Position numbers and translations under genes: made by a program. Under the pieces are notes generated by a model. That model ran no database searches. It was not told the origin of the DNA and was given only the letters and a program-made list of their open reading frames with translations. Positions 1-13,842 of a DNA stretch of 64,000 bases are shown in pieces (the stretch's first letter is position 1; each line of letters starts with the position of its first letter). Origin of the DNA: Perkinsus olseni. Its lineage: Eukaryota. Where the stretch lies: the NCBI GenBank assembly GCA_013115125.1, contig JABANN010000009.1:1-64000 (forward strand), read 5' to 3'.

Positions 1-659
1 GGAGGCAGAGTGCAAGTGCATTTTCCCCACGAACTCATCACCTGTGGCGTTCGAGGAGTAATGGCGGATAAGTCGTACGGCCTCCACGCTGTTGATGATC
101 CGCAGCTCATAGACAGGTGCTGTTTTGGTTGGAATTTTCTCAGAGAAAGCCTGTTAAGATTTTTCGGAATTTTCGTCGACATTTTTAGTCGCATTTTGTG
201 TCGAATTGTCGTTGCGATAGTCGCACTTCTTTCCTCTGTCTTTTTACAAAGTTTTATACTACACCAATATGAATTCACTTTTCCTCATGAGCGTTGTATA
301 ACTGGCGTGAGGTTATTCAGACACCCCTAGCTTTCATGTGCATTCTGGCATGCTCAACCCTAATGATTATAACGGACTTCAACAGCTTAAGCTTAAGACC
401 CCTCACCAGTACCCCACCTAAGCTTAGCGATCACCGCAGTGCTCGACTTGTGTGTTGCACTTCGTCGTCTCGGCTCAGCAGCTAGTATGATTGTTGTCTC
501 ATTGTAAGGAGTATAGTGTTCGCCCGTTGCATTACAGACTTGACGCACCTTCCACGCATTCAGTTCATCGCTAGGTTCGTCGATGACTTAAGAGTTGTCT
601 CTCGTGATTGTCTTTCTCTTCAGTGTTTGCTCTATTATTAGTAGTATACACTCGTCAGC

Positions 660-2279
660 ATGTCGTCCGCTGCAACAGAAGCTCGATGCGCCGCCGCCGT
701 TAACGCCGCGGCCGTAACCCGTGACTACACCATCAACCCCCGAGTCGAGTACCAGACCATTACCGGTGTTGAGGTAGGGCCGCCGATCATCATCATCAGT
801 ATCACCTTGCTCACGTTTTCTTCTCTCTCAGGGTCCCTTGGTCATCCTTGATAATGTCAAGTTCCCCCAGTACAATGAGATTGTCAACCTGACTCTCGCT
901 GATGGCTCTACCAGACAGGGTCAGATTTTGGAGGTCAACGGCTCCAAGGCTGTCGTTCAGGCAAGTTTCACTGTGGTCTTCAATAATCCTTCTAATGATT
1001 GCTCTTCGCTTGTCAGGTTTTCGAGGGTACCAGCGGTGTCGATAACAAGAACTGCTACATCGAGCTCACGGGTGATACCCTTAAGATGCCCATGTCCGAT
1101 GAGATCATGGGTCGTTCCTTCAACGGTTCTGGTCAGCCCATCGATAAGGGTCCGCAGGTCTTGGCCGAGGAGTACTTGCCCATCAACGGTTCTCCCATCA
1201 ACCCCAAGTCTCGTCAGTACCCTAAGGAGATGATTCAGACTGGTCTCTCTGCTCTCGATACCATGAACTCCGTGGTCCGTGGTCAGAAGTTGCCTTTGTT
1301 CTCCGCTGCCGGTCTTCCTCATAATGAGATTGCCGCCCAGGTGTGCCGTCAGGCCCAGCTTGTCCAGGGTAAAGATATTCACGATCACTCCAAGGAGAAC
1401 TTCTCCATCATTTTCGGTGCCATGGGTGCTAATATGGAGACTGCCCGATTCTTCCGTAACGATTTCGAGGAGAACGGTTCTATGGAGAATGTCGTCCTGT
1501 TCATGAACCTCGCCAACGATCCCACTATCGAGCGTATTGTCACTCCTCGTTTCGTGCTTACCGCCGCCGAGTACTTTGCCTACGAGCGCGAGCAGCATGT
1601 CTTCGTCATCTTGACTGATATGTCTTCGTACGCCGATGCTCTTCGTGAGGTTTCTGCTGCCCGAGAGGAGGTCCCCGGTCGTCGTGGTTATCCCGGTTAC
1701 ATGTACACCGATCTTGCCACCATCTACGAGCGTGCTGGTCGTGTCGAAGGTCGTAACGGTTCTATCACCCAGTTCCCCATCCTTACCATGCCTAACGATG
1801 ATATTACTCATCCTATTCCCGATCTTACCGGTTACATCACTGAGGGTCAGGTGTTCGTCGATCGATCCCTTCACAACAGACAGGTGTATCCTCCGATTAA
1901 CGTCTTGCCTTCGCTGTCCCGTTTGATGAAGTCCGGTATTGGCCGCGGAATGACTCGTGAGGATCATCCTAGTGTGTCCGATCAGCTTTACGCTAACTAC
2001 GCCGTTGGTGTCGATACTCGTGCCATGAAGGCTGTCGTTGGTGAGGAGGCTCTTAGTGAGGAGGACCACTTGTACTTGGAGTTCTTGGATAAGTTCGAGT
2101 CCAAGTTCTTGAGCCAGGGTCCCTATGAGAATCGTGATATCTTCCAGTCCTTGGATATCGCCTGGGAGCTCTTGCGTCTCTTCCCCGAGACTATGCTCAA
2201 GAAGGTGCCCCAGAAGATCAAGGACAAGTACTATCCTCGTGATCGTGAGGCGCAGAAGGCCGCTCAGGAGTCGAAGTAA
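660..2279 (+). CDS. VMA2: Vacuolar H+-ATPase V1 subunit B; exons 660-773, 832-960, 1017-2279
   Basis: Spliced translation reads ...[20 protein letters not shown]...[12 protein letters not shown]...; hallmark motifs [53 protein letters not shown]. Intron 774-831 is GT-AG, intron 961-1016 is GC-AG. Confidence 0.97.
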
Positions 2280-2720
2280 AAAGACGAGAGCGTCTTCTAC
2301 CATTGATATCATTCATCTTCATCACCATTGCTTTCGTCAGTGTGGGGTCCTTTAGAGGGACGCCGGCTGTGTGCAGTGCGGTGTAGTGATAAGTGTTTAA
2401 AATTGCCAAAGATGATTCTCATTCACCGACTGACAGGCCGTCATGGCCTCATGTTTAGAGATGATAAGGCTGAGCGTTTCTTTGAACCATTGTCCTACAG
2501 GTCTGATTGTGTTGTTAGTCAAGTAGAGGATAGATTATCGGCAGGACTGCAAATTGCGACCAGCTTCAGTCCACTGCAATACTAACTCAACCATGGTCCA
2601 GTGGTTTAACAAATATAGGAGATAATGCACTCCGTAAAAAAATTTATCTAATGACATGAGACTAACAGAATTGTGTTTCTTCCACCGCAAAATTAGCTGC
2701 ATGACACCAATAAACGTCAA

Positions 2721-5511
2721 TTACTCGTAGATGACCTCCGTTCCCTTCACACGAGGCAGCGCCGAGACACCAACCTCCGACAAGCAAACGCCAAACTGGC
2801 CTTGGGCTGGCACGCACGTCATCCCGTCGGGGCACTTGAGATCACCATCAGCCTGAAAATACGAAAAAAGTCTGTCCGACCTCTTCAAGCAAGTCTTACC
2901 ATGCAAATGAGGGCGCAATGGTCAGCCTTGGGTGGGTGTGTTGACAACACGCACATCTCCCTCGCGTCAACTCCAGCCGGTTTCGGTGGGCAACTGTTGT
3001 CCGGGCCGCAGGGCGGGGAGCAGAGCTCGTACGTATCTACGAACAGAACTGCCAGTGCGAGGCGAATCAGTGGGCATCAATTACGGTCGTGTAATTTGAT
3101 CTGGGCTTGGGCGTCGCCTTCATCACACGGAGGCGCGTGATAGTGACCAGCATTTGACGAAGATTCCATCAGAATAGGTAGAGTGAGATCCTCGGGGATG
3201 ACAACTTCTAGTGACTGAAAGGAGAGTTCATCTTCAGGTCGAGCCAGAACGAATCCCAAACCAAGGCGGAGCGAAGCTCGTACAGCCTGAGGGTTTTACT
3301 TCAGCCATTGCAGGAGTTGTCCTCTCGTTGATGTCCTCGCGGAACTTCGGATAGCTCCCTTGGAGTAGTATGCCGCATTCGTCTGAAAGTAATGGAAAAG
3401 ATGGTAGGAACTTACACATTAAATATGACACACGCGAAGCTGGATTGCTCACCTTCATCAGTGCCATCGGCTCTCTCCCGTTCCAGCAGAATGTAGCCTT
3501 CCTTGCCCCACTCAGCACCCCAGGAGTTCTTAACTTTCCAATACCTGCAATCCGTCATCTGATAGCATTTGCAGGATCGAAGCTTACTTTGTACCATCCA
3601 TCTCGCCATAACCGACAAGAAGCACGCCGTGGTCCAAGGAGTCACCACATTCACCTGAGAGATTACAACATGACCAGCGATCGCTGCAAAAATCTTCGCG
3701 TAACGGGCGAGCGCGCGACCTCAGCACCGTGAGGTCGTGGGTACGACCCTCGGCCAACGCAAGTATACCCAAGAATCATTTTATAGATGGTAAGGTCCAC
3801 GCCCTCTCGATAACAGCTTGAATATGCTTGTAGCTTCCAATTCGTCGACACAAACTCAAAGTGATCTCGCAAGCACCTACCGGTGAGGACTCCCTCATGA
3901 TAGAATTGAAAGTCCGGCATGTCAGCTTCAATCGCCACACTGACGGGGCCAGTCTGCAGCGCTTCCTTCATCGCTGCGCCGTTCTTAGAGTCCACATCAA
4001 CGTACCCGACCACATCGTGAGGCTGAAAGTGTTATTCAACAGTTCACCATCAACTGCTGGTAACCTCACATGAAGGCGCGCCTTCTTCTTGACGGTCGAG
4101 TTCCGGCAAGGCTCATCGACGGCATCATAGCCATAGTCCTCCTCAGTGCAAAGACCGTGCTCAATAACGTACTTGAAGGCGTAGTCCATCAGACCGCCGT
4201 TGCAGCCCCTACAAGGAAACATACTTCACCATCAGGTACTAATGCAAGATGCATAACAAGCTGATAAGTTATCATCCCTAGATGTGACAACAGCAAGATG
4301 AGTTGAAGTGTCGGACAGACGGTACAAACCGGTATGAAAGTTCTCAGGAGAAGATCCTAAGTTTAGACAGATATCACGAACATCTCTGCGGCGGCACAAG
4401 GCAAACAATAAGATCGAGTAATTGTTAAAATATCATCAGAAAGTGATACAATTCATTACTATTAAAGCTAACCTAGATTACGTCTATGAGATCCCATATG
4501 GATCGGGACCAATCGGATCATAGACTACCGAAATGATTTACTGTAGTCTCAGTGAAATATATCATTCTACAAATAAAGGCAGCAAAGGTCTACAAGAACT
4601 CCCAGCGGAAGAGGAGGGCCTCACATGTTCCCTTCCTCCGTGCTGCAATCAACCAGCTGTTGCTCAGAGAACTCCACCAAGTCGTGCTTCGGATTGGCGA
4701 TTTCATAGCGACCTTCGAGAGAACCTGACGGGCACATCACCGGCGGAGCGGCGCCGCTGCACGACCGACCGGTGGCAGAGAAGGCCCAGCAGCTTCCGCA
4801 GCTTCCCTGGTTCTTCACTCGTGTCACCGCATTCAGATGGCTCCAGTCGATCTCGTCCGGTAGAGGCTTGCCAGAGTAATGATGTACTCCGAGAAACCCG
4901 GGGCCTGGCGGGAGCGCTCGAAATCAGGCATTTCCGCAGCACCTACGCTTGGCCGCCCCGAAGAAATCGCGGTAGCGCTTCCGGTAGCCTCTGGTGAGCA
5001 TGGCCGCAGCAAACTCCTCAGAGCTCTGGTCGGCGAACTTGTTAATGGCGAGCTTGTAGGGTCGACCTGAGTTCGATGATGTGGTCGAAATTGGGTATTC
5101 CGACGACCGACTCACCCTCGGCGTTGACCCTCTGAATATGACGATAATTTTCGATGAAGATCTCCTCACGCAAGGCGGCTTCTTGCGGAGTCGGGTAATC
5201 GATACCGTAACTGGCAAGCAATGAGATGCCGTACTTTTTCGAGTGGAAAACGGCAGCATACACGTTTGGCATGGTAGAGTACACGAATCACAGGTAAAAC
5301 GTTTGCCAATGGCCTTAACCAGCCAAACAGACAAGCAACAGCGCCCGCAAGCAGCACAGGAGCATAGACAGATGAGATGGCCTAGGTGAGTGAGCGTGCG
5401 TACGTACTCTTCCTTGAACTTCGCAAAGGCCTGCGTAAGTTCCATTTCGGGCACCTCGTACGAGAGGGCGACACCTGCCAGAAGGGCAAGCGGGGAGAAG
5501 GCAAGAATCAT
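2721..5511 (-). CDS. Papain-family (C1A) cathepsin L-like cysteine protease with signal peptide, I29 prodomain and Cys-rich C-terminal extension; multi-exon
   Basis: Signal-like [17 protein letters not shown]; prodomain [16 protein letters not shown]; catalytic [61 protein letters not shown], spread over minus-strand ORF fragments bounded by GT-AG. Confidence 0.93.
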
Positions 5512-6293
5512 TATGTGTTTAATAACAGTCCTGAATGTCGTTCCTGTCAAGTCGGTCCCCTCCCCAGTACTGCGGCGGCGGCGGTCGAGGGAAAATTGCG
5601 CTCGCCTCCCAATGAACAGCGCATTTTGTTTTGCGCGCGCCCAAAAATGTCCGATGCCCTTGAGCTTTTCGCTGTAGGAGCATGCACTCGATCTTGCATC
5701 ACAATCAGACCAAGATTTCCAACGGTTGCTTTGATTGCTAACTGAGCTTCAAAAGGACTACCAGAATCGTCTCTCACACATTAGATTCCATCCTCGGGAC
5801 CGTCCTGAAATTCAAGACAGCAGGCATTTGAACACCTGCGCGTTGAGAGTGCGATCATAAGTGCACGGTGATCTTTAAAATGGGGACGACTCTAGAAAAG
5901 CCGTAGAGAGCCGGGCTGTTTCTAAAGACGAATACTCCGACTTCCGCTTCGCATTAAGCGAGCAAATTCATGCTACTCACAAGTGAACGGTTTGTACTCT
6001 TCGTTTGGATGGGTGACTGAGCTTGATCGATTCATGCAGGCACCAAGCCAGACGTATGATTCGCAAAAGGGAGGAGACGAGTGTTGAACATCTCCGTTAT
6101 ACAGTCTTGGGAATCGCTCCAGGCATTCCGTGCCTGCGCTATTCCTGCCCGTAGACTCTCGTCACGATTCAACTAAAGAAAGTTTTCGCGAAAAACCGGA
6201 AGTATTCGGTAACCTTCTTTCAAAGCTCGGAATTGATTCCGGCTCTTCGCACACTACCGAGCTCTGAGTTACCTATTAAGTGGTAGCTCCCAA

Positions 6294-8852
6294 ATGACCG
6301 TCGCAGCGCCAACAAGCGGCTCCGCAGACGAGCTAGGCGGCCCGATGAATCCTGAAGACATCTATGATGCAGACACGGAAACTCTGATGGGTAAATCGAC
6401 TCCGGAAGACAACACGCGATGGCTTCTGGCGTTGCCGAACGGAACGCAAGAGGAAGAAGCCGCAGGACTAGGTTTCGAGAATGTCAGGCTGAGAAATTTG
6501 TCGTTCTCAAGGACCACACTAGAGCGCTGTGACGCTTTGAATGGTCTTGTTATGATCTGGGCCGTCTTCGTGACAACTGTGCTTTCGGAAGCCTCCGAAT
6601 CTGGACTTACTGAGAGGAGATTTCACATGCTTTCACCTTTTCAGCCCCGCGACGGGCGGCTTCGACTTGACTTTAATACTGAGCAAAATATCATTGATAC
6701 AAAATACGCATAATTCAACACTATCACTATTAACTGTGCACGTGCTTCGCTAGCCGAAACTGCGCAGAGGAGAATTTTTACAGCGACGATGCTAACGCAC
6801 GGCGACTTGGATTTTCTTGATTTTCTATGGTCAAAAAACTCAAACGTCTTGACGCCGATGCACTGCTCTGTCAGAATACCTGCTGAAAGGAGGAGAGTCT
6901 GAAGAGATGCGTTTCCTGATCGAGAGAGAAATCCAAGAACGACAACACATGGAAATCTTGCGGTCGGAGATTCTCAACAGGCGAGGCCTTCCCTCCATTA
7001 CAGTGTGTCGAATAATGAAGGCAGATTTCAGATTCGCCGGGAACCCGGAGGCCGACGAGTCCGATCCGCGAGACGTCTCAGCCTCGGCGATAGTGACGAG
7101 CGCACTGATGGATGCTTCTGTCGCTGAAAGGGTGCCTTCTAGGGTTGCACGATCAAGCCCAAAAAAAGCAACACCAAGGGAACATAGTCCCGCGCCTTCG
7201 AGGCCCCTAGGGGGACCAACATTGGGAGAGTGGAAACCGACGCCGGTTGCAGGAAAGGCTTTTGTTGTTGGCAATCCGAACGGTCGGAGGAAACCCTGGA
7301 AGAAAGTGGCGAGAAAAGTGGAAAAAGTCCGCAAGAAAGAGGCTGATCAGAGTCGACCGAGGCTGGAGCGAATGAAGGAGTATGCGGAGAAGACAAGGTT
7401 GCGCAGGAAACTTGCAGTGGAACAGCGTGAATCCCGCCGGATGGAGAAGGAGCCATTGAAAGAAATTTCGGAGCGCAAGTGCGTGGACAACACCGACGAG
7501 CCCTGCCATCAGAGTGGCTCAACTGAGGGTCTGCCACTCCGGTGCGAAGAGGACGATGAGGGCTTGAAAGACGCGAACGCGACGGAAGATCGGGTCTCCA
7601 CAGAGAGCATTTCCTCTTCGGGTCGATATAGAAGTGACGACTTCGACGGGTCATCGATCTCTCAGCCCAGTCTGGCGTCAGAGGAACCGAATAGGGAGGC
7701 GAGCATAGATCGGGCTCAGTCGAGTGTTGGGAACGAGATTAACGATTGCTCTAGCGAAGGACAGGACACAGCACTTAGTGGGAGCGCGAGCCTGGTCCCC
7801 ACTACACCTGAGGAGGAATCTCAGCATTGTAGTAGCGAAACCGTCGGTGACGAGGCACATGAACTTGCGGCGGGGGGAGCGGGAGGCGACAGGAAAGGAG
7901 GCGATGAACTAAGCGAGGCCAGCGTGGCGGTGGACGAGGAAGAAGGAGAAGGCAGTGTGACAGAATTGGATGGAGGTCTCTGTCAAGAACCTACTGTTAA
8001 AGCTAACGACGACCAGGCCTTGATGGAAGGAGGAGGAGACATAGAGCCGGAAGCTCCCGAGGGTCGGCACTTGAGGTCCCCACCGCCGTCGGAGGCCCTG
8101 GTGAAGCCACCAGGACCGGCAAGCAAGACTTCGACGCGGCGTGTTGAGCGAGTCTTCGAGTCCGCGATGATACAGGATTACAGCTCAATGTTCGGATCCT
8201 TTGCAGAGACCTTCACTTGGGGGTATGAGGCGTCGAAAAACCAAGGTGACACGAACTCGGCTGATAGGTCCCTCCTGAGTCTCGAATATTGCTGTTGACA
8301 CGTCAACTTCGGTCCTTGGAGCTCGGAGGAAGTCTATTCAATAGCTCGGCACTTTGCTGGTTTTCAGGCAACCAGACCCGGGCAACAGATGACCTAGTGG
8401 AAGCCCGTGAAAGAGCACTGCGCGAAACTTTGCAATTGTATGATGGGGCTCCCGTGTAGCTCTCGCTTGGAGACGACGCGACGTCCCTCGCTCCGGTCCT
8501 CATCTCTCGAGCTCCGCTTCCGCAACTACCGGTCCCCACTCGTCAGTCTTCTCGAATGCGGTTGCTCTTTCTCTCTTTAGAAAGCAATTGAACGCCCGTG
8601 CTCCCACGGAATTTCGAGAGTTTGTATCATTGGAGGATCTGGTGCAGCTCAAAGGCTCTTGTAACCTTACTGCTGCCTCATCTCAGGTACAAGCACTTCT
8701 GTGAAGTGTCCCGAACCTTCGAGGTCTTCGACTTCGCCGATTTCCGTCACACCCTGCTGGGCATGGCGCCATCGCTGACAACACCAACTCTCACTAGGAC
8801 CAGTCCAGATACCCAGATCTACTACAAGGCAGGCTGGGTTGAATCGAGATAG
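6294..8852 (+). CDS. Hypothetical protein, acidic/low-complexity, probably multi-exon; boundaries uncertain
   Basis: 463-aa ORF 6907-8298 (basic coiled segment followed by an E/S/G-rich region) with flanking ORF fragments 6294-6713 and 8598-8852 and plausible splice sites; no family recognised. Confidence 0.45.
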
Positions 8853-9025
8853 TGTTATAGGAGTGTACGCAGTGCCTAGCGAAGAAAACGCTGCCTGCAG
8901 AACTGCTGCCACTGCGCCACGAGCATTGCTGCTGTTGATTCTACTGGCGCGTGGCTCGGTGGCCACATTTGTACATGTTTTATTTTTCATTACATACTGT
9001 ATTATCCTATATTACGATATTTGGA

Positions 9026-12000
9026 ATGCCGGCGTTCTGCCACGTGCCACGAGAGCGGCCTCATCTGTCCACAGATGAAACTACTCACCGTTGCCAGTAT
9101 CATTCGTCCACAGTTTTCAGTGGTATACCCCAGGTGGTTCAATCTCGAGTTGAGGTTTACGACGTGGTATCGCGAAGTCTGGCTGGCAATCCCAACTTCG
9201 CGGAGCTGCCACATGGATGCCGTATCGGACCGGTAGGGAACAGGACAATTCACGCGACCGTCTGCTCGAACACCTACAGGATCTTCTGCGATATGCAGGT
9301 TTGGAACCTCCTGTGGACTTGGGGTCGACCCAACATTGACTACAGCAAGCTTTTTGTGTGGCAGAAGGTGAACCACTTCCCCGACAGCAAGTTCCTGTCT
9401 CGAAAGGACTGTCTCAAAAGATGCATCGACCGGTGAGAGACCACATGCCTTCTCGCTTTACAAAGCTCTACCGCTCCGACTACCGTTTGTGTGCAGATAC
9501 GTGAAGCGTCCCCCGGGGTCTCGAAGGTCTCAGGCGATCGAGTCCTTCCGTGTCATTCCGGAAACGTTCGTGCTGCCTCGAGACTACTGCGAGTTCATTG
9601 AAGCTTACACAAATTACAGAGATCTGTAGGTTCCCTCGACGGCTTATTCTCACTCAAAACCGAAAAGCGGCGCGCATGGTGGGGATCGTGCGCTCCTTGC
9701 TTTTGCTGCTTTCTTCTCAGGAGCCTCCCAGTGACCATGTGGATACTAAAACCTGTGTGCCTCTCGCGTGGAAGGGGAATAAGTGTCATCTCTGATCTGA
9801 GCGAAGTCAATTACACAGAGCCGACCATTATTCAGAAGGTAGGCCTTTGAGATAGCTGACGGGAGTGAACTTTCTGTATTTCTTCTGGTTCCAGCGAGGG
9901 AGTTCCCGTGTGAGGATGCAAGCGTGTTACGGTTTCAGTACATCGAGCACCCCCTACTCCTGGATGGCTATAAGTTCGACCTTCGAGTCTACGTTTTAGT
10001 GATGAGCTTCAACCCTCTAGAAGCGTAAGATCAGCTCATCAGGAGATTTTACGGATTTTTCAACGTTAGGTACATCTATAAAGAAGGATTCGCCAGGCTG
10101 GCTACGGTGACGTACTCGTCCAGCGCCGAGGATTGCAAGAATCGGCTCATGCACCTTACAAACACTAGCGTTCAGAGAAATCACGTTGACAACCTCCCCA
10201 ATGATAAACATCGTATGCTTGGAGGTGGGGGAATGAAGCTTTCAGGTCTCAGCGATTTCTCGCTCGATTTCTTGCGAGGCACCAAATTGTCATTCAAGGA
10301 TCTGAAGACTCGGCTGGAGGAACGAGATATAGGCTGGGGAATCCTTTGGGAGAAGATCAAGGATGTGATCGTGAGGACGCTTATCATGTGCGAACATATG
10401 ATAGGCTTTCAGGTAGGTACTGCGTCCAGCACACGAAGGAAAATGGTGTCAAGGAACCCGTTAGAACAACTACTGCTGAATTCATATGCCACAGGACAAA
10501 ACTCTGACAGCTGTGGGGTTCGAACCCACGCCCTTTCGGACTGGCGCCTTAAGCCAGCGCCTTAGACCACTCGGCCAAACTGTCGATATTTTTCTTGCCG
10601 ACCGGCATGCTTGTCTTCATCATACATGTTCTAGGTGAACTCATTCGAGTTGTATGGCTTCGATGTAATCTTCGACGAGTCCCTCCGTGCGTGGCTGCTT
10701 GAAGCAAACTCGAGTCCGAGCATGAACCTCGACACTCTGCTGGATGAGAGGATAAAAATCGCCTTGATACGGTGGGGAGCGGCTTCGCTGGCAAACTTGA
10801 CGCAACAGCTTAGCGAACCAGTGAGAATATCCCGTTCCGAGTCCATATCCCTGTCTTTCCCTTCGAGTTCGTGTCGCTTCTTAAGTGGCCCATTAGGCCC
10901 TCCAATTCTCTGTCAGTAGTAGGCAGCGACTTTTAAGAGTATTTTGGCCAGGGGCAATCGAGGGTCTTCTGAACGGAACAGCTCCTATCTCCACTAAACT
11001 GACCCAGTTGGGCCAGATTTGGTTCTCATCACACTTCACATTACTCAATAACTAGCGTTAGTTCAAACACGAAGGCAACTTAACAGTCTCAGATGGCAGC
11101 ACACGGGATCTGCGCATGCGTGCTGTCCGCTTCAGCGACACAATCGGCGTCGTAAACCCTGTTCCGTTCAACCGGAGAGCTGTTACGGAAGTCCTATCAC
11201 GGAAGCTCGACTCACCAACTAAGGAAGGGGCTTGTGCGAACAAGCCGAGCCGACGGCGGCGGCGGCAGAGCAAAAGCGTAGGGACTCAATCCCTCGCCCC
11301 TTGAGCAGGCTCCACCTCCGGAGACTCGGATGCCTTCTCCATGCCAGGTTTCGACCAGACAACTGAACGCTGATCTTCATGAAATACTTTGCGGTATTGC
11401 TCCCGCCACTTTAAAAGATCGAGACAGCTGTCTCATCGAAACAGCATGTAACCTCTGCCAGTAGTCGTAGGGGACGCTTACGTGGCTCTGTGTAGATAAC
11501 TTCGAGCGTATAGCCCCCGGAGAGCTGTGGGAGAAGGCCGCATCCGTGAAGAATAGGATGTTCCAGCCAATGCATGATCCACTATAGTTTCCACCTCAAT
11601 GAAGTTAACGTCGAGTTTGCTAGTCTGGAGGAGATATTCGGAAGCCTTTTGTGTGCGAGAATGATGGCCTTTGTCCCTCCTCGAGTACACCTCTCCTGTG
11701 CTTTTACGAGCCATTCAACGGACTGGAAAAAGCGCCCTTTGAAAAAACAATATGGAGAGCGATTCTCAGTATCACTCGCCACCATCGATATGGTTCAGCC
11801 TCCGATGGGGACAGCCTCTGTGTCGCGAAAATCTGTGCTCCCCAGCTCCTTCCGTCAACTGTGGATGAAGTGCCCTTCAAGCCAGACAGATCGTATACAC
11901 GGAACTCACACAACGCTGTGATTCCTAGCGAGTGCAAGCTGCACGCTGTGAAAAAATCGCCATCGGAATCACCGCAGAAGAACTCAGCCCGTCGGCTTCA

Positions 12001-12082
12001 GAAACTACGCTCCGCTTTCGCTAAGCTTCAGTGCTTAAAGTCGCTGGGCACTGGTTCAATCACCATCAATCAGTTATTCTGA
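9026..12082 (+). CDS. Tubulin-tyrosine ligase-like (TTLL) polyglutamylase-family protein; multi-exon; 3' end approximate
   Basis: Exon fragments WNLLWTW...QKVNHFP..LSRKDCL, YIEHPLLLDGYKFDLRVYVLV, YKEGFARLAT, MHLTNTSVQ, FELYGFDVIFDESLRAWLLEANSSPSM are diagnostic TTL ATP-grasp motifs. Confidence 0.88.
10505..10584 (-). tRNA. trnL-AAG: tRNA-Leu(AAG), inside TTLL intron 10413-10634, antisense to the host gene
   Basis: Reverse complement GACAGTTTGGCCGAGTGGTCTAAGGCGCTGGCTTAAGGCGCCAGTCCGAAAGGGCGTGGGTTCGAACCCCACAGCTGTCA: acceptor stem GACAGTT/AGCTGTC, anticodon stem CTGGC/GCCAG with loop TTAAGGC, long variable arm, T-loop GGTTCGAAC. Confidence 0.95.
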
Positions 12083-12103
12083 TTCGACCTTCACATTCAC
12101 AAC

Positions 12104-13363
12104 ATGCTTTCTTCCAAGCTCACTCTGAACAACATCTCCGAGGACGAGATCAAGGGCAAGAGGGTCCTCATGCGTGTCGACTTCAACGTCCCCATCAAGG
12201 AGGGCCGCGTTGCTGACAAGACCCGTATCGTGAAGACCATCCCCACCATCAAGCGTGTCATGGAGATGGGTGCTCAGAGCATCGTCCTCATGAGCCACTT
12301 GGGCAGGCCCCAGGGCCAGAGGAAGGAGGAGTTCTCCCTCGCTCCCGTTGTCCCCGTCCTTGCCGGTCTCTTGGAGCACGAGGTCACCTTCGTCCCCGAC
12401 TGTGTCGGTGATGTTGCTGTCAAGGCCTGCGCCGCCCCCGCCAAGGGCAGCATCATCCTGCTCGAAAATCTCCGTTTCCATGTCGAGGAGGAGGGCAAGG
12501 GTGTCAACGCTGAGGGCGAGAAGGTGAAGGCCACCGCTGAGAACGTCGCCGCCTTCAGAGCTGACCTTACCAAGCTCGGTGATGTCTTCGTCAACGATGC
12601 CTTCGGTACCGCTCATCGCGCTCATTCTTCCATGGTTGGTGTGCAGCTTCCCGTCCGCGCCGCTGGTCTGTTGATGGCTAAGGAGCTCGAGTACTTCGGC
12701 AAGGCCCTTGAGAACCCCGCCCGCCCCGTCCTCAGCATCCTCGGTGGTGCCAAGGTCGCTGATAAGATCCAGCTTATTAACAACATGCTCGACAAGGTCG
12801 ACCTTATGATCATCGGTGGTGGCATGGCCTTCACTTTCGCCAAGACCCTCTATGGTACCAACATCGGAGGCTCTTTGTACGACGCTGAGGGCGCCAAGAT
12901 CGTCCCCGAGCTCATGGAGAAGGCCAAGGCCAAGGGCGTTGAGATCCTCCTTCCCACTGACTGGCTCTGTGCTGATGCCTTCTCGAATGACGCCAACACC
13001 AAGGTGTGCACTCAGGAGGAGGGTATCGAGGACAAGTGGATGGGTCTTGATGTCGGTCCGGAGTCGACCAAGCGCAGCATCGCCATGGTGAAGAGGGCCA
13101 AGACCATCGTCTGGAACGGTCCTCAGGGTGTCTTCGAGTTCCCCAACTTTGCCACCGGTTCTCTTGCCGTTCTCGACGCTGTCTGTGAGGCCACCAAGGA
13201 GGGCGCCATCTCCATCGTCGGAGGTGGTGATACCGCCGCTATGGTCGAGCAGGCCGGCAGGTCTTCTGAGATCTCTCACGTCAGCACTGGCGGCGGAGCT
13301 TCTCTTGAGTTGCTCGAGGGCAAGGAGCTCCCTGGTGTTGTTGCTCTTAGTGGTAAGAACTAA
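12104..13363 (+). CDS. PGK: Phosphoglycerate kinase (419 aa, intronless)
   Basis: [65 protein letters not shown]; strong high-expression codon bias. Confidence 0.99.
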   Translation: MLSSKLTLNNISEDEIKGKRVLMRVDFNVPIKEGRVADKTRIVKTIPTIKRVMEMGAQSIVLMSHLGRPQGQRKEEFSLAPVVPVLAGLLEHEVTFVPDCVGDVAVKACAAPAKGSIILLENLRFHVEEEGKGVNAEGEKVKATAENVAAFRADLTKLGDVFVNDAFGTAHRAHSSMVGVQLPVRAAGLLMAKELEYFGKALENPARPVLSILGGAKVADKIQLINNMLDKVDLMIIGGGMAFTFAKTLYGTNIGGSLYDAEGAKIVPELMEKAKAKGVEILLPTDWLCADAFSNDANTKVCTQEEGIEDKWMGLDVGPESTKRSIAMVKRAKTIVWNGPQGVFEFPNFATGSLAVLDAVCEATKEGAISIVGGGDTAAMVEQAGRSSEISHVSTGGGASLELLEGKELPGVVALSGKN

Positions 13364-13842
13364 GTCTCTATCGCTAATACGATTTCGATAGCAGCAGTTG
13401 TCGCGGATTGCGACTATGTTCCTTTCAATACAGTTTTTTGGTGAAATGCCGTTCAATTCTGTCTGAATTGTGTTCAGTAGTATTGTGGGGGAAAGTAATG
13501 CTGATCATATTCTCAGTAATCATGGATAGTTCAGCCTGATAGTCATTCGGTATGGTATAGCTATGACCTTCGGTATACTCCAGTGTTTAGCCTTGATGCG
13601 GTGCACTGTAATTATGGTTGTGTGTGAGTTTGAAGTCCGACGCCGACAGCCGACATTTTCCGTCGTAATAATAAACACATGATGTAGTATTATCAGTTAG
13701 AATACAATGATAAAATCACTCTCCAATCTTCCTCTACAGCCAGCGAAGACACTCCTAGATTCACGCTCGTCCATTCGGAAGGCTGTACTTATATGCTCAA
13801 CACGGTGGTAATTGAAAAAAATAACAGTCATTAGTCGTCTCA

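Noticed and set aside
957-2312. 451-aa minus-strand ORF
   Set aside because: Antisense shadow of the codon-biased V-ATPase B gene.
12074-13456. 460-aa minus-strand ORF
   Set aside because: Antisense shadow of PGK.
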